Origin: Calditrichia bacterium
Lineage (GTDB): Bacteria > Calditrichota > Calditrichia > JAJRVZ01
Reading direction: 5' to 3'
Assembly (NCBI GenBank): GCA_963796965.1
Contig: CAWCNS010000004.1
Location: forward strand, 832,001 to 896,000
Length of the DNA: 64,000 nt
Below, in pieces: positions 39,600-51,175 of the stretch; positions within the stretch are counted from its first letter, which is position 1; every line of letters begins with the position of its first letter. The notes beneath the pieces are model-generated. The model worked only from the letters and a program-made list of their open reading frames with translations. It did no database searches and was not told where the DNA came from. A program made the translations under genes and the position numbers.

Positions 39600-40353
39600 A
39601 TGATCTATCTAAAAAATAATGATGAAATTGAACGAATTAGGGAAAGTAATCAAATCGTTGCAGAAACGTTCAATACATATAAAAGATTTTATTAAGCTCC
39701 GGGAGTTTCAACCGGAGAGATTGATAAAGAAATTGAAAACTTTATCTGAAAGCAAAAAAGCAAAACCGGCTTTTAAAGGATTATATGGTTTTCCGGCTAG
39801 CGTCATGTATTTCGATACAGGATGAAGTTGTACACGGTATTCCTTCTTTTAAAAGGAAACTTAAAGAAGGAGAAATTGTCGGTATTGATATCGGTGTGGA
39901 GTTGAACGGTTTTTTTGGAGATGCTGCCTATACCTTTAAAGTAGACAAAGTTGATGAAGAAATTGAAAAATTGTTAACTGTTACTGAGGAAAGTCTGTAT
40001 CTTGGAATTGAGCAGTTAATGGCAGATAAAAGAATTGGCGATATTGGTCATGCTATTCAATCGCATGTTGAAAAAAATAATTTTAGTGTCGTGCGGGATC
40101 TGGTTGGACATGGTGTCGGTCGAAAACCACATGAAGATCCACAGGTTCCAAATTATGGTCAACCAGATAAGGGGATTAAATTAAGGGCAGGAATGGTTCT
40201 GGCTATAGAGCCAATGGTAAATATGGGAAGTTATGAAGTATATTTTGCGGAAGATGAATGGACGGTTAAAACGAAAGATGGATTACCTTCAGCACATTTT
40301 GAACATTCGGTGGCGATAACTGAAAATGGTCCGGATATTTTATCAAAATATAA
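39600..40353 (+). CDS. map: Methionine aminopeptidase type I (frameshifted)
   Basis: EVVHGIP, GHGVG, HEDP, AIEPMVN, SAHFEHSV. Confidence 0.95.
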
Positions 40354-40366
40354 GCGTGGAGTGATT

Positions 40367-40586
40367 TTGGCAAAAGAAGAAGCCATAAAAATTGATGGGG
40401 TTATTAAAGAAACATTACCAAATGCTACATTTATTGTTGATACTTGATAATGGTCATGAAGTGCTGGCTCATATTTCCGGAAAAATGCGAATGCATTTTA
40501 TAAAAATATTACCAGGTGATAAAGTGAGTTTGGAATTATCTCCCTATGATTTAACACGCGGACGAATTATTTATCGATATAAATAG
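40367..40586 (+). CDS. infA: Translation initiation factor IF-1 (frameshift near 40440)
   Basis: [10 protein letters not shown]...LPNATF and [17 protein letters not shown]...[10 protein letters not shown]. Confidence 0.95.
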
Positions 40587-40617
40587 CAGTATAAATTTTG
40601 AATTAACAGGGATAGAC

Positions 40618-40734
40618 ATGAAAGTTCAGGCATCAGTAAAAAAGATATGTGATGGGTGTAAAATAATACGCCGTCGAGGTGTTGTTAGAGTCATTTGTAG
40701 TAAAAACCCAAAACATAAACAACGACAAGGTTAG
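40618..40734 (+). CDS. rpmJ: 50S ribosomal protein L36
   Basis: Translated by hand: [38 protein letters not shown]. Confidence 0.97.
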   Translation: MKVQASVKKICDGCKIIRRRGVVRVICSKNPKHKQRQG

Positions 40735-40749
40735 AAAGAGGAGGCGATC

Positions 40750-41110
40750 TTGGCACGTATAGCAGGTGTAGATTTACCAAAAAATAAACGAGTAGTTATC
40801 GGTTTAACTTATATATATGGTATTGGCAAAACAAATGCTCAAAAAATTTGTTCAGAAGCAAGAGTCGATGAAAATATTCGGGTAAATAAATTTCGATGAA
40901 GAACAGGTAAAAGCAATTCGTACAATTATTCAGACCGCTCATAAAGTTGAAGGTGCGCTCAAAGCTGAAATTAATATGAATATTAAACGATTGATGGATA
41001 TTAGTAGTTACCGTGGATACCGTCATCGCAGGGGATTACCCTGTCATGGCCAGAGAACTAAAACAAATGCCCGAACCCGAAAAGGCCGAAAACGTTTAAT
41101 TAGCGGCTAA
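40750..41110 (+). CDS. rpsM: 30S ribosomal protein S13 (frameshifted)
   Basis: [42 protein letters not shown]. Confidence 0.95.
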
Positions 41111-41144
41111 GAAATAGTATAAAAAGTATAGCAGGAGGAATATT

Positions 41145-41537
41145 TTGGCTGCACCAAAAGCGCGAAGAAAAACAAAAAAGAAAGAAAAAGTGGAAGCACA
41201 TGGAAAAGCCCATATTAAAGCAACATTTAATAATACAATTATCACTTTAGCTGATACTTATGGAAATACAATCTCATGGGCATCAGCGGGTCGGGCTGGT
41301 TTTAAGGGTTCACGAAAAAATACACCATTTGCTGCACAGATTGCTGCTGAAGGAGCGGCAAAAGAAGCAATGGATATGGGTTTAATGCGTGTGGATGTTG
41401 AAGTTAAAGGGCCCGGGTGCAGGACGTGAAGCGGCAATACGATCCTTCAGGCAGCTGGTCTGGAAATAGTATCAATCAAAGATGTAACACCAATACCACA
41501 TAATGGATGTCGTCCTCCGAAAAGAAGACGAGTTTAA
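41145..41537 (+). CDS. rpsK: 30S ribosomal protein S11 (frameshifted)
   Basis: [43 protein letters not shown]. Confidence 0.96.
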
Positions 41538-41559
41538 ATATAAATATGGAGTAAATTGA

Positions 41560-42194
41560 ATGGCACGTCATACAGGACCAGTTTGTAAATTATGTAGAAG
41601 AGAGGGTGAAAAACTCTTCCTTAAAGGAAGCCGATGTGTTACGGTTAAATGTTCATTTGAAAAAAAGAGTTATGCGCCTGGCCAGCATGGTGTTTCACAA
41701 AGAGTAAAATTATCTGAATATGGAATTCAGCTCAGAGAAAAACAAAAAGTTCGCAGAATTTATGGTATACTTGAAAAACAATTCCGTAATTATTTCGCAA
41801 AATGCAGATCGGTTAAAAGGTGTTACAGGAGAAAATCTCCTGCGTCTTATTGGAAAGTCGTCTTGATAATACTATTTATAGGCTAGGATTTGCTCAATCA
41901 AGAAAACAGGCCAGACAATTGGTCCGGCATCGTCATTTTACTGTAAATGGAAGACTTGGTTGATATACCTTCTTTTCTCTTAAAGCCAGGTGATATAATT
42001 TCAGTAAGAGAAAAAAGCAAAAAACTATCTAGTCTTACATGATTCAATGAGAAAAATTCGTGATGAAGATATGTATCCCTGGTTGCAACTTAGAAAAGGC
42101 ACAAATCGAGGGTACATTTGTGGATTGGCCGAACAGAGAAGATATTCCGATACAGGTTCAGGAAAACTTGATTGTTGAATTATATTCAAAATAA
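41560..42194 (+). CDS. rpsD: 30S ribosomal protein S4 (several frameshifts)
   Basis: [44 protein letters not shown]. Confidence 0.95.
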
Positions 42195-42225
42195 GAACTA
42201 TAATATAAAAGAGATAGGAAATTTG

Positions 42226-43213
42226 ATGAGCTGGACTAATTTTCAAATGCCAGACCGAATCGAATTAGATGAACAAAACTACACAAATACATTCGGTCGT
42301 TTTTTTGTTTATCCACTTGAAAAAGGATTTGGTGTCACAATTGGAAATATGTTTCGCCGGGTTTTATTATCATCATTACATGGTGCCGCGATAACGCACT
42401 TCGAATCGATGATATTCAACACGAATTTTCAACAGTCCCAGGTGTTTATGAAGATGTTGCCGAATTGATACTGAATCTAAAACAGGTGAGAATTAAATTG
42501 CTTAATAAGAAAGCTGAAAAAGTAACCATACCGGTTCAAGGTCCTGGTGATTTGACCGCTGGTGATATTCAGAAACATACGGCCGATTTTGAGGTGTTAA
42601 ATCCTGATCTCAAGTTGATCACTTTAAATGAAGATGCAAATTTTGAAATGGAGTTTAGAATTGGCAAAGGTCGAGGATATGTTCCTGCAGAAGAGAATAA
42701 AATTCCAGATCAGCCAATTGGGTTAATTCCAATCGATGCGATATATTCACCAATATTAAATGTGAAATATCTTGTTGAAAATACACGTGTTGGCCAACGT
42801 ACTGATTTTGAAAAATTAATTCTGGAGATTGAAACTGATGGAAGTATTACACCGGATGATGCACTGACGTATAGTGGGAAAATTCTGAAAGATCATATTC
42901 AGCTGTTTATCAATTTTGATATTGAACCAGAAGAAGAAGAAACAAGTGAAATCGATGAAGAAATGCTTCGTGTAAAAAAATTGCTTAAGATGAGTGTTGA
43001 TGAACTTGGAATTATCTGTTCGTTCTCATAATTGTTTAAAAGCAGCAAGTATTAAAACCATTGGTGATTTGGTACATCGTGATGAACAGGAAATGCTTAC
43101 GTTTTAGAAATTTTGGCCGTAAATCTTTAACAGAACTAAATAAAATTCTTGAAGAACGAGGCCTTCATTTCGGAATGAACATTGAAAAATATTTAAAAAG
43201 TGATGAGAAGTAA
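42226..43213 (+). CDS. rpoA: RNA polymerase alpha subunit (several frameshifts)
   Basis: [50 protein letters not shown]. Confidence 0.96.
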
Positions 43214-43238
43214 CACGGCTTTTTGAGAAGAGGATAAA

Positions 43239-43939
43239 ATGCGACATAGAATAAAAGGGCGAAAGCTAAACAGAACTGCCAGCCATAAAAAAGCAATGCT
43301 AAGAAATTTGGCTAATCAGTTATTTGAACATAAAGAAATACGAACAACAACTGCTAAAGCAAAAGAAGCGAGACCAACGGTAGAGCGACTTGATAACCTA
43401 TGCGAAAAAAGGTGATTTACATCATAGAAGATTGGCATTTAGCTTTTTAAGACAAAAGTCTGCCATAAAAATGTTGTTTGATGAAATTGCACCGACTTTT
43501 GATGATAGGCAGGGTGGCTATACCCGAGTTATTAAATTAGGTCGTCGATTGGGAGATGGCGCACCTATGTCTATTCTTCAGCTTGTCGGATTTGAAACCT
43601 TAGGTGAGACTGTAAAAAAGGAAACAAAGAAAAAAACGAAGAAAAAAGCAGTAAAACCAGAGGATGAAGTAAACGTTGCTGACGAGAAGGCAAAATCTGC
43701 CACAGTGCCTGCCGTGGAAGAGGAATCTGAAGAAGTCTCCACAGCCAGAGATTATCCAATCTAAGGAAACGGATGTTCAGGAGCCAGAGTTAGTAGCAGA
43801 AGAGAAATCTATTCCGGAGGAAATCGTAAAAGAGGATACCCCTGCCAAAAGCGAAAAAGCTGAGGTCAGGGAGGATGAGCCGGAAGAAGAGAAAAAATCA
43901 GATAATTCTGAAGATTCAGAATCAGATAAAAAGAAATAA
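43239..43939 (+). CDS. rplQ: 50S ribosomal protein L17 with a long Lys/Glu-rich C-terminal extension (frameshifted)
   Basis: [30 protein letters not shown], followed by a low-complexity tail. Confidence 0.93.
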
Positions 43940-43943
43940 ATAT

Positions 43944-43971
43944 AAGGCGGTCTTGAACCGCCTTTTTTTTT
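43944..43971 (+). terminator. Intrinsic terminator ending the ribosomal cluster
   Basis: AAGGCGGT-cttga-ACCGCC followed by T9. Confidence 0.9.
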
Positions 43972-44221
43972 ACCTTCTCAAATTCTCATAATCCATCTCT
44001 ATCATTAGTTTTCATCTAAGTATTTTTTAATTCTATCTTCCCTTAGTATTTATTTGAATTTTGGATTATTTTCTTTCCAAACCTTCTTTCCCAACACACG
44101 ATATTGTATTTATTTTTTTAACATCAAGTTAAAGACTAAAGATTGATGTAAATACAAATGTTGCAAAATGATCAGGGTTTTATAAATTTATATCAATTAA
44201 ATATTAAAAAAACAGGATGAT

Positions 44222-45368
44222 ATGCGTTTTCTTATTCTGGTCCTGTTATACCTGATTCCTCATTTTTCATCCGGAAATTCAAATCATCAGGAACGCAGTG
44301 CATTGTGGGTTGTGAGATATGCTCTTACCAGTAAATCTGAAATTGATAAAGTTATAGCAACTGCGAATGACCTTCAATATTAGTGATATTTTTCTCCAGG
44401 TTAGGGCCCTCGGCGAATCTTATTACCTGAGTGACATCGAGCCATTATCATCACGGTTACCCAAGAATTTTGATCCTTTAAAATATATCATTAGAACGTT
44501 TCGGATTAATGGTATCCGGATACATGCCTGGGTAAATATGTTTTATATCTGGTCTGGTAATACATTTCCTGAAAATCCTGACATCATATTATTAATAAAT
44601 ACTCAGACTATATATTTAAGAAGTGAAAAATTTCCAGATTACAAAAATCTCAAAGGCAATGGGATATGAAGGATTTTTTCTTGATCCAAAAGTACCTGCA
44701 GTCCAAAAAGATTTATTAAATATATTAAAGGAAATAGCAGAAAGTACGATATAGCTGGTATTCATCTTGATTATTATCGGTATCCAGGATTGGCATATTC
44801 TTTTACACCCGCAAGCCGAACAGTTTATATGAAAGAAACGTTTTATGATCCCTGATACGGTATATAAATCAGCAAAAAAATATTCTGATGAAAGGGGATT
44901 TAAGGTATTTCTTCATGCAGATAAGGAATACAGAAAATCATTGACGGAAGCACTTAGCCTAATATCTTAAAGATATTTCGATTTCTATTAAAAAAAATAA
45001 AACCAAATATTCAAATTTCGGTTGCAGTTAAAGCCTGATCCTGTTCAGGCGAAACACAGATTTTTTCAGGATTGGACCAATTGGTTACAGAATGATTATT
45101 GTGATTTTGTCGTCATAATGAATTATCGCACAGATTGGAATGAGTTTGATCTTATTCTCAAACAAATTAAGGCAAAAAATATGGAAAGAGATGTGATGGT
45201 TGGTATTTCCACATACAATCAGGGTCCTGGGCAGGTTCTACGACAGACTTCCATGCAACCAGATTGGGTGGTTTTGCCGGGTATTCCTTGTTTTCATATA
45301 ATTATTTAATTGAGAATAAGAACTATCTAAGGGAGATAAAAGTAAAATTTAAATCCGGAGGATTTTAA
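44222..45368 (+). CDS. Glycosyl hydrolase-like family 10 (GHL10/DUF187) secreted protein (many frameshifts)
   Basis: Signal peptide; ALWVVRY, IFLQVRALGESYY, FDPL, IHAWVN, FLDP, GIHLDYYRYP, QDW, SLFSY motifs spread over several frames. Confidence 0.8.
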
Positions 45369-47030
45369 ATGGACCATGAGATAACAGATCTCCCCGTGGC
45401 TCCTCTATTAACCTGTAAAGGATGGCATCAGGAAGCGGCCCTGAGAATGCTAATGAATAATCTTGATCCCGAAGTCGCCGAGAAACCTCAGAGAATTGAT
45501 TGTTTATGGTGGACAGGAAAGGCAGCAAGAAATTGGGAGTGCATATAATGCCATCATAAAGGCATTGAAGAAGTAGAAAATGATGAAACTTTATTGGTGC
45601 AATCCGGGAAGCCAGTGGGTATTGCAAAAACACATCACTATGCACCACGAGTATTAATTGCAAATTCCAATCTTGTTCCAGCCTGGGCAACATGGGAGAA
45701 ATTTCGGGAATTGGAAAAAATTGGTCTGATAATGTATGGACAGATGACCGCCGGGAGTTGGATTTATATTGGCACACAGGGGATTCTACAAGGTACATAT
45801 GAGACTTTTGCTGCGATTGCCCAACAGAATGAAGCCTCAAGATCTTGCTGGAAAATTGGTGCTGACTGCAGGATTAGGTGGAATGGGTGGTGCCCAGCCA
45901 CTCTCAGTTACAATGAATGGTGGTGTTGCCCTTATTGTTGAAGTTGATAAAAAAAGAATAGAAAAAAGAATTGAAACAAAATATTTGGATAAATTTGCCG
46001 ATAATATAGATGATCGCTTTAAAGTTAGGTCGGGAAGCAATAGCAAAAAAACAAGCATTATCTATCGGACTCTTAGGTAATGCGGCTGAAGTATTTCCGG
46101 AATTAGTTAAACGAAATTGTATTCCTGATATCGTGACGGATCAAACATCAGCACATGATGAATTAAACGGATATGTACCCTATCAAGTAGGATATCGAGG
46201 AAGCATTAGAAATGCGTGTTACAAATCGCTGAAAAATATATTGACCTATCTTACGATTCTATGGCCAGGCATTGCCAGGCTATTTTGGAAATGCAGAAAA
46301 GAGGATGCAATTGCATTTGACTATGGTAATAATTTAAGGGCACAGGCTAAAAAAGCTGGTGTCACAAATGCGTTTGATTATCCCGGATTTGTCCCGGCCT
46401 ATATTCGACCACTATTCTGTGAAGGAAAAGGACCATTCCGTTGGGTTGCACTCTCAGGTGAACCGGAAGATATTTATAAAACAGATGAGTTGATCGTAGA
46501 ATTATTTAAAGAAAATAAATCATTAGTCAGATGGATTAATCTGGCACAAAAAAAGGTCGAATTTCAGGGCTTACCTTCACGAATCTGTTGGTTGGGTCTG
46601 GGAGAGAGGGCGAAATTTGGAAAGGCTTTAAATCAACTTGTAAGGGATAAAGTGGTTAAAGCCCCAATTGTGATAGGTAGGGATCATCTGGATACCGGAA
46701 GTGTTGCTTCTCCCTACAGAGAAACAGAGGGAATGAAGGACGGGAGTGATGCTATTAGTGATTGGCCGATATTAAATGGTTTGATCAATGTTGCTTCAGG
46801 GGCATCCTGGGTGTCTTTTCATCATGGTGGTGGAGTAGGAATGGGATATTCCCAGCATGCTGGTCAGGTAGTTGTTGCAGATGGAACCGAGGAAATGGAT
46901 ATAGAGACTTGACCGGGTTTTGACAAATGATCCGCTGATGGGAATATTTAGGCATGTTGATGCCGGATATGAACAAGCGGTAAAATGTGCAAATAAAAAT
47001 GGTGTTAAAATTCCGATGATGCAGGAGTGA
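45369..47030 (+). CDS. hutU: Urocanate hydratase (many frameshifts)
   Basis: [83 protein letters not shown]. Confidence 0.95.
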
Positions 47031-47042
47031 TATAAATTCTAA

Positions 47043-47813
47043 ATGGGTGAAATAATTGCAATTGTGAGTCAAAAAGGTGGTGTCGGTAAAACGACAACAT
47101 CAGTAAATTTGAGTGCAAGTTTGCGATTCTTGATCAGAAAACACTTCTCATCGATATGGATCCACAAGGAAGTGTTGCTGCAAGCTTTCAACTATATGAG
47201 ACTCAAATAGAAAATGGGATGTATCAGGTCTTTACAGAAAATATCCCACTCTCTGATGCAGTGATTGACATTGGTCTTGAAGATTTTCATATTGTCCCTT
47301 CTAATGTATATGGTGAAGAGGAGGAGATCGAATTTTTTAGGCATGGATTGGATTATACGCTACTTAAAAATATGTTAAAACCTTATAAAGATGTTTATGA
47401 TTATATTTTAATTGACTGTCCACCAAGTTTAGGAAGTTTGACAATAAATGCAATTACAGCGGCTGATTCATTACTTGTACCGGTCCAGTGTGAATATTAT
47501 TCTTTAAAGGCGTTAGGCAAATTTGTTCGAACAGTGAAAAAGATAAGTCAGGAACACAATCCTATTACTTGGATTTCAAGGGTTTTTAATTACGATGTTT
47601 GATAAAAGAATAAAAAAAAGTCAAGAAATATCGGAAGAACTCCGATATAGTTTTAAAGATACGGTTCTAGATACCGTAATTCCAAGAAATTCAAAGATTT
47701 CGGATGCTCCGAGTGAAGGAAAGCCAGTGGCACTACTTGATATTGCCTCTTCCGGTGCAATTGGATATTTGCAGTTGGCAGAAGAGATATTGATGTCAAA
47801 TAATAATAATTGA
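47043..47813 (+). CDS. ParA/Soj-family ATPase (frameshifted)
   Basis: Deviant Walker [50 protein letters not shown]. Confidence 0.9.
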
Positions 47814-47832
47814 TAAACTGAAAGGATATATC

Positions 47833-48873
47833 GTGGAACAAATTTATAAGAGAGTCGAAGATATTGATGAAAAGGTGAAGGATGCCAGATTACCTTATCA
47901 GGAATGGAAGGTATTATTTCTGTTAGGAGAACAATCTGATGTGGCAGAAGTATCTTCATTGATCAGCGATGACTCTTCTTCTGTGAGTGATATATTTGAA
48001 TCTCTTGAGTCAAAGGGGCTGGTTGAAAAAGTTACTGATGACGAGGAACAGGATGAAGCTGCGGCTACAATCGTAGAATCTCCTGCCCCTGCATTAGGAG
48101 ATGAGTTATTAATGGAAGAGGATGAGAAACCTGAAGAACCAATTTTAGGATCCGAATTCGAAGATACTACTGTTGAATCTGATGTTTCACAACCAGAAGA
48201 AATTGAGTCGGTAGAAGAGGTAAGCGAGTCCATAGATGAAGATAAGATTGAAGTTAACACCGATTTCCTCACGGAAGATTTGCTCCCTAAAGATGAACAA
48301 CCAATTCCTGGAAATAAAGAAACGGAAAGTTTGCAGGAAGAGCCCTTCCCCACATTAGAGCCTGATTCATCGGAGACAGAATTTGATTTGAACCTTGATG
48401 AAGAAATTATTGATGTTGCTGAAGAGCCGGCACCAGTGGAGAGCAAAGAGCCTGAATCCCAGGCAGAAATTGAAACTGAACCTGCTCCAGAAGAGGAAAC
48501 TATATCTGATGTTAGTAAGAAGACAATTATGGTTATTGATGATAGCATTGTTATTCGAAAAATGATTGAAATTGCACTCGAGGATGAAGATTTTAATATT
48601 GTAACCGCTATAAGTGGCAAAGAAGGATTAGAAAATATCGAGGCTCTAAAACCGAATCTGGTTATTTTGGACATGATGTTACCAGATATGAATGGGATTG
48701 ATGTGTTAAAGACTATAAAAAGTGAAAAGAATCTCCCTGTTATTATGCTTTCAGGGAAAGACTCACCGCAGTTAATTGAAAATGCCAAAGAAATCGGGGT
48801 TGATGATTTCTTGCCGAAACCATTCCGTGATGAAGAGTTGGTTGAAAAAGTACGAACACTTGTTGGAGCATAA
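47833..48873 (+). CDS. PilG/PatA-like response regulator: winged-helix-like N-terminus, acidic linker, C-terminal receiver domain
   Basis: VIDDS, LDMMLPDMNG, PVIMLSGKD, LPKPF; N-terminal EWKVLFLL...LESKGLVE. Confidence 0.8.
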   Translation: MEQIYKRVEDIDEKVKDARLPYQEWKVLFLLGEQSDVAEVSSLISDDSSSVSDIFESLESKGLVEKVTDDEEQDEAAATIVESPAPALGDELLMEEDEKPEEPILGSEFEDTTVESDVSQPEEIESVEEVSESIDEDKIEVNTDFLTEDLLPKDEQPIPGNKETESLQEEPFPTLEPDSSETEFDLNLDEEIIDVAEEPAPVESKEPESQAEIETEPAPEEETISDVSKKTIMVIDDSIVIRKMIEIALEDEDFNIVTAISGKEGLENIEALKPNLVILDMMLPDMNGIDVLKTIKSEKNLPVIMLSGKDSPQLIENAKEIGVDDFLPKPFRDEELVEKVRTLVGA

Positions 48874-48887
48874 ATATTAGATGTCTG

Positions 48888-49346
48888 ATGCACAGGATAA
48901 AAATACTTGAATATTCGGTATTTAGTATTTCGGAAAGATTATTTGGTTTGGAAATTGCTTCTGTCAAAGAGGTTTTAAACTTTCCAATGATTACCAAATT
49001 GCCGAATACGCAAAGCCATGTATTGGGTATATATAATTTAAGAGGAGAAATTATTTCATTATTTGATATGCAACAACTCCTAGGTTTGGGTTCCAGGCGT
49101 CCCAGTGAAAAGGATATGGTTCTTGTTATTGGAGAAAATAACCGAAGATTCAGTTTCTTGGTCGATAAGGATATGGATTTCGTTGAATTTGAGAGGGCTC
49201 AGATTCAGATACCTGGAAATGGAAGTGAATTTGTAAAAGGCATATTTGTAAATGGTTCATATAATCATGAAACTTTAGGCCAGATTTTACTTCTTGATCG
49301 TAAACTATTATTAGAAGTTGACCGACTTGTAGAGATGAGTGCATAA
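48888..49346 (+). CDS. CheW-family adaptor (PilI/ChpC-like)
   Basis: FGLEIASVKEV, ITKLPNTQSHVLGIYNLRGEIISLFD. Confidence 0.9.
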   Translation: MHRIKILEYSVFSISERLFGLEIASVKEVLNFPMITKLPNTQSHVLGIYNLRGEIISLFDMQQLLGLGSRRPSEKDMVLVIGENNRRFSFLVDKDMDFVEFERAQIQIPGNGSEFVKGIFVNGSYNHETLGQILLLDRKLLLEVDRLVEMSA

Positions 49347-49361
49347 AAGGAATTTCAGGGA

Positions 49362-51160
49362 ATGCAAGCGACGAGTTCGAGAATATTAAAAAAAATAGCA
49401 ACACTGCTTTTACCTCTTCTTATAATAGGTGTTTTGGCAATTGCGCTCTGGGACTATTTGCATGCATGCGATATGGCTAAAAATGCGGCGGGTGAGAAAA
49501 GCTATGGCGATTGCCGGCTCAGGTGCCGCATTAATTAATGGCGAAAGTTTTGATGAAATACAGAAACTGACCGACTTTAAATCAGAGGCTTATATATCTA
49601 TATCGCATCAACTCCAAGCATTGTGCACCTATAATAGGTTGAGAAATGATGCAGCTAGAACCCTAAGAAGAAAAGGAAATATTACAAATTTTGTCGTTTC
49701 TTCTGCTAACCGCAATATGATAAATCAGGAGTTTAATTTATGGGCTGAGATGAATGCAACTTTCAACACAGGTGAAATTTCATTTAAACCCAGTTATAGC
49801 CGTAATGATCATCTTTTTATAAGCGGTTTTGCACCTATAAAAAATAAATCTTCAAATGTGGTGGGAATACTTCAGATTGATCTGATGGTTGATAACATAT
49901 TTCCTTCGCTGATGGATTATTTTAAAATACCACTCATAATAATAGTATTAATTATAATTCTGCTTTTTGTTTTATATAAATATATTTTTGATCCTTTACA
50001 GGAAAGTATTGACTCTCTTGCTGTGCACTTTGCTACTCTTGCAGAGGGAGAATTATCAATAAAATATGTTGAGCCGGAAAATGGTTATCTTCATGAAATA
50101 TCCACTCTGCTTGACAGACTTCAGGCAGGTTTTAATAAAAAGCTTATGAGTGATGAGGATAAGGAGAAACTACAACGCCAGATTAAAAGAGCTTTTGAGG
50201 ATTGTCAGTGCTGCTGCTGATGGTGACTTTACTGTTAATGCAAAAGTAACAGCAGATACACTTGGAGCTCTTGCAGATTCATTTAATCTGATGGTCTCAG
50301 ATTTAAGTGAATTAGTACGTGACGTTAAAAAGGGCGCCGAACACGTGGCGGATTCGACCCGGGAAATGTTGGAGAAAACAACCGAGATGGCCTTAGGTGC
50401 TGATAACCAGGCAAAGGAGATCGGGAATATTGGTGATCTGGCAAAAGGAATGGCTGAGGTGGCGAAGAATACGGACAAAAGTGCTCAGAGGGCCTCTGAG
50501 GCAGCTATCCATGCCAAGGATGTGGCTGAACGCGGTGGGGCAATTGTGGAACAATCGATAGAGGGGATGCAAAGAATTCGTGAAACAGTAACAGACACTT
50601 CAGATCGTGTAAAAGTTCTTGGAGATAGTTCAACACGAATAAGTGAGATAACCGAATTTATCAGTGACATATCGAATCGCACAAATATCCTTGCCTTGAA
50701 TGCAACAATTGAAGCAGCAAAGGCTGGAGACAGTGGCCGCGGGTTTACAAATATTGCAGATGAAATTCGAAATCTGGCTGAGCGTTCTAGTCGATCTGCA
50801 GGAGAAATTACAAAACTTATTGAGGATATTCAGAATGGCATGTCAGAAACTGTGATGGCTATGACATTAGGTAATAATGAAGTTGCAGAAGGTACGAAAA
50901 AGGTGGATGCTGCCGGTTCAGCTTTGCGTGAAATACAAGGGGCTGTTGAGATTTCGACATCATCAGTTGCTGAAATTACTAAGGCCACGGATAAACAACT
51001 TAAAGCAAGTGAAGATATTGTAAAGGTTATGGATGGAATTGCCAGCATTGCGAAGAGAACCGCCGATGGTGCAAAACAGACCGAAGATGAAATTACACGC
51101 TTAGAGTCGTTATCCAAATCTCTGAATAATGCCGTTTCAAAATTTAAGTTATCCCATTAG
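49362..51160 (+). CDS. Methyl-accepting chemotaxis protein, PilJ-like (frameshifts near 49450 and 50185)
   Basis: Two TM helices flanking a periplasmic domain; [29 protein letters not shown]; tip [22 protein letters not shown]. Confidence 0.9.
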
Positions 51161-51175
51161 AAATTGAGGGAAATA

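Noticed and set aside
39592..39600. Absence of adk after secY and of rpmG after tuf
   Set aside because: This is a common lineage-level arrangement and not novel
39600..40586. map-infA fusion suggested by ORF 39785-40447
   Set aside because: One missing A before the TAA at 40351 explains the read-through, and infA has its own GGAG RBS and TTG start
47898..48893. 331-aa antisense Ser-rich ORF and other long antisense ORFs over cheA, rpoB, fusA and tuf
   Set aside because: They are shadows of GAA/GAT-rich sense codons and contain no recognisable motifs
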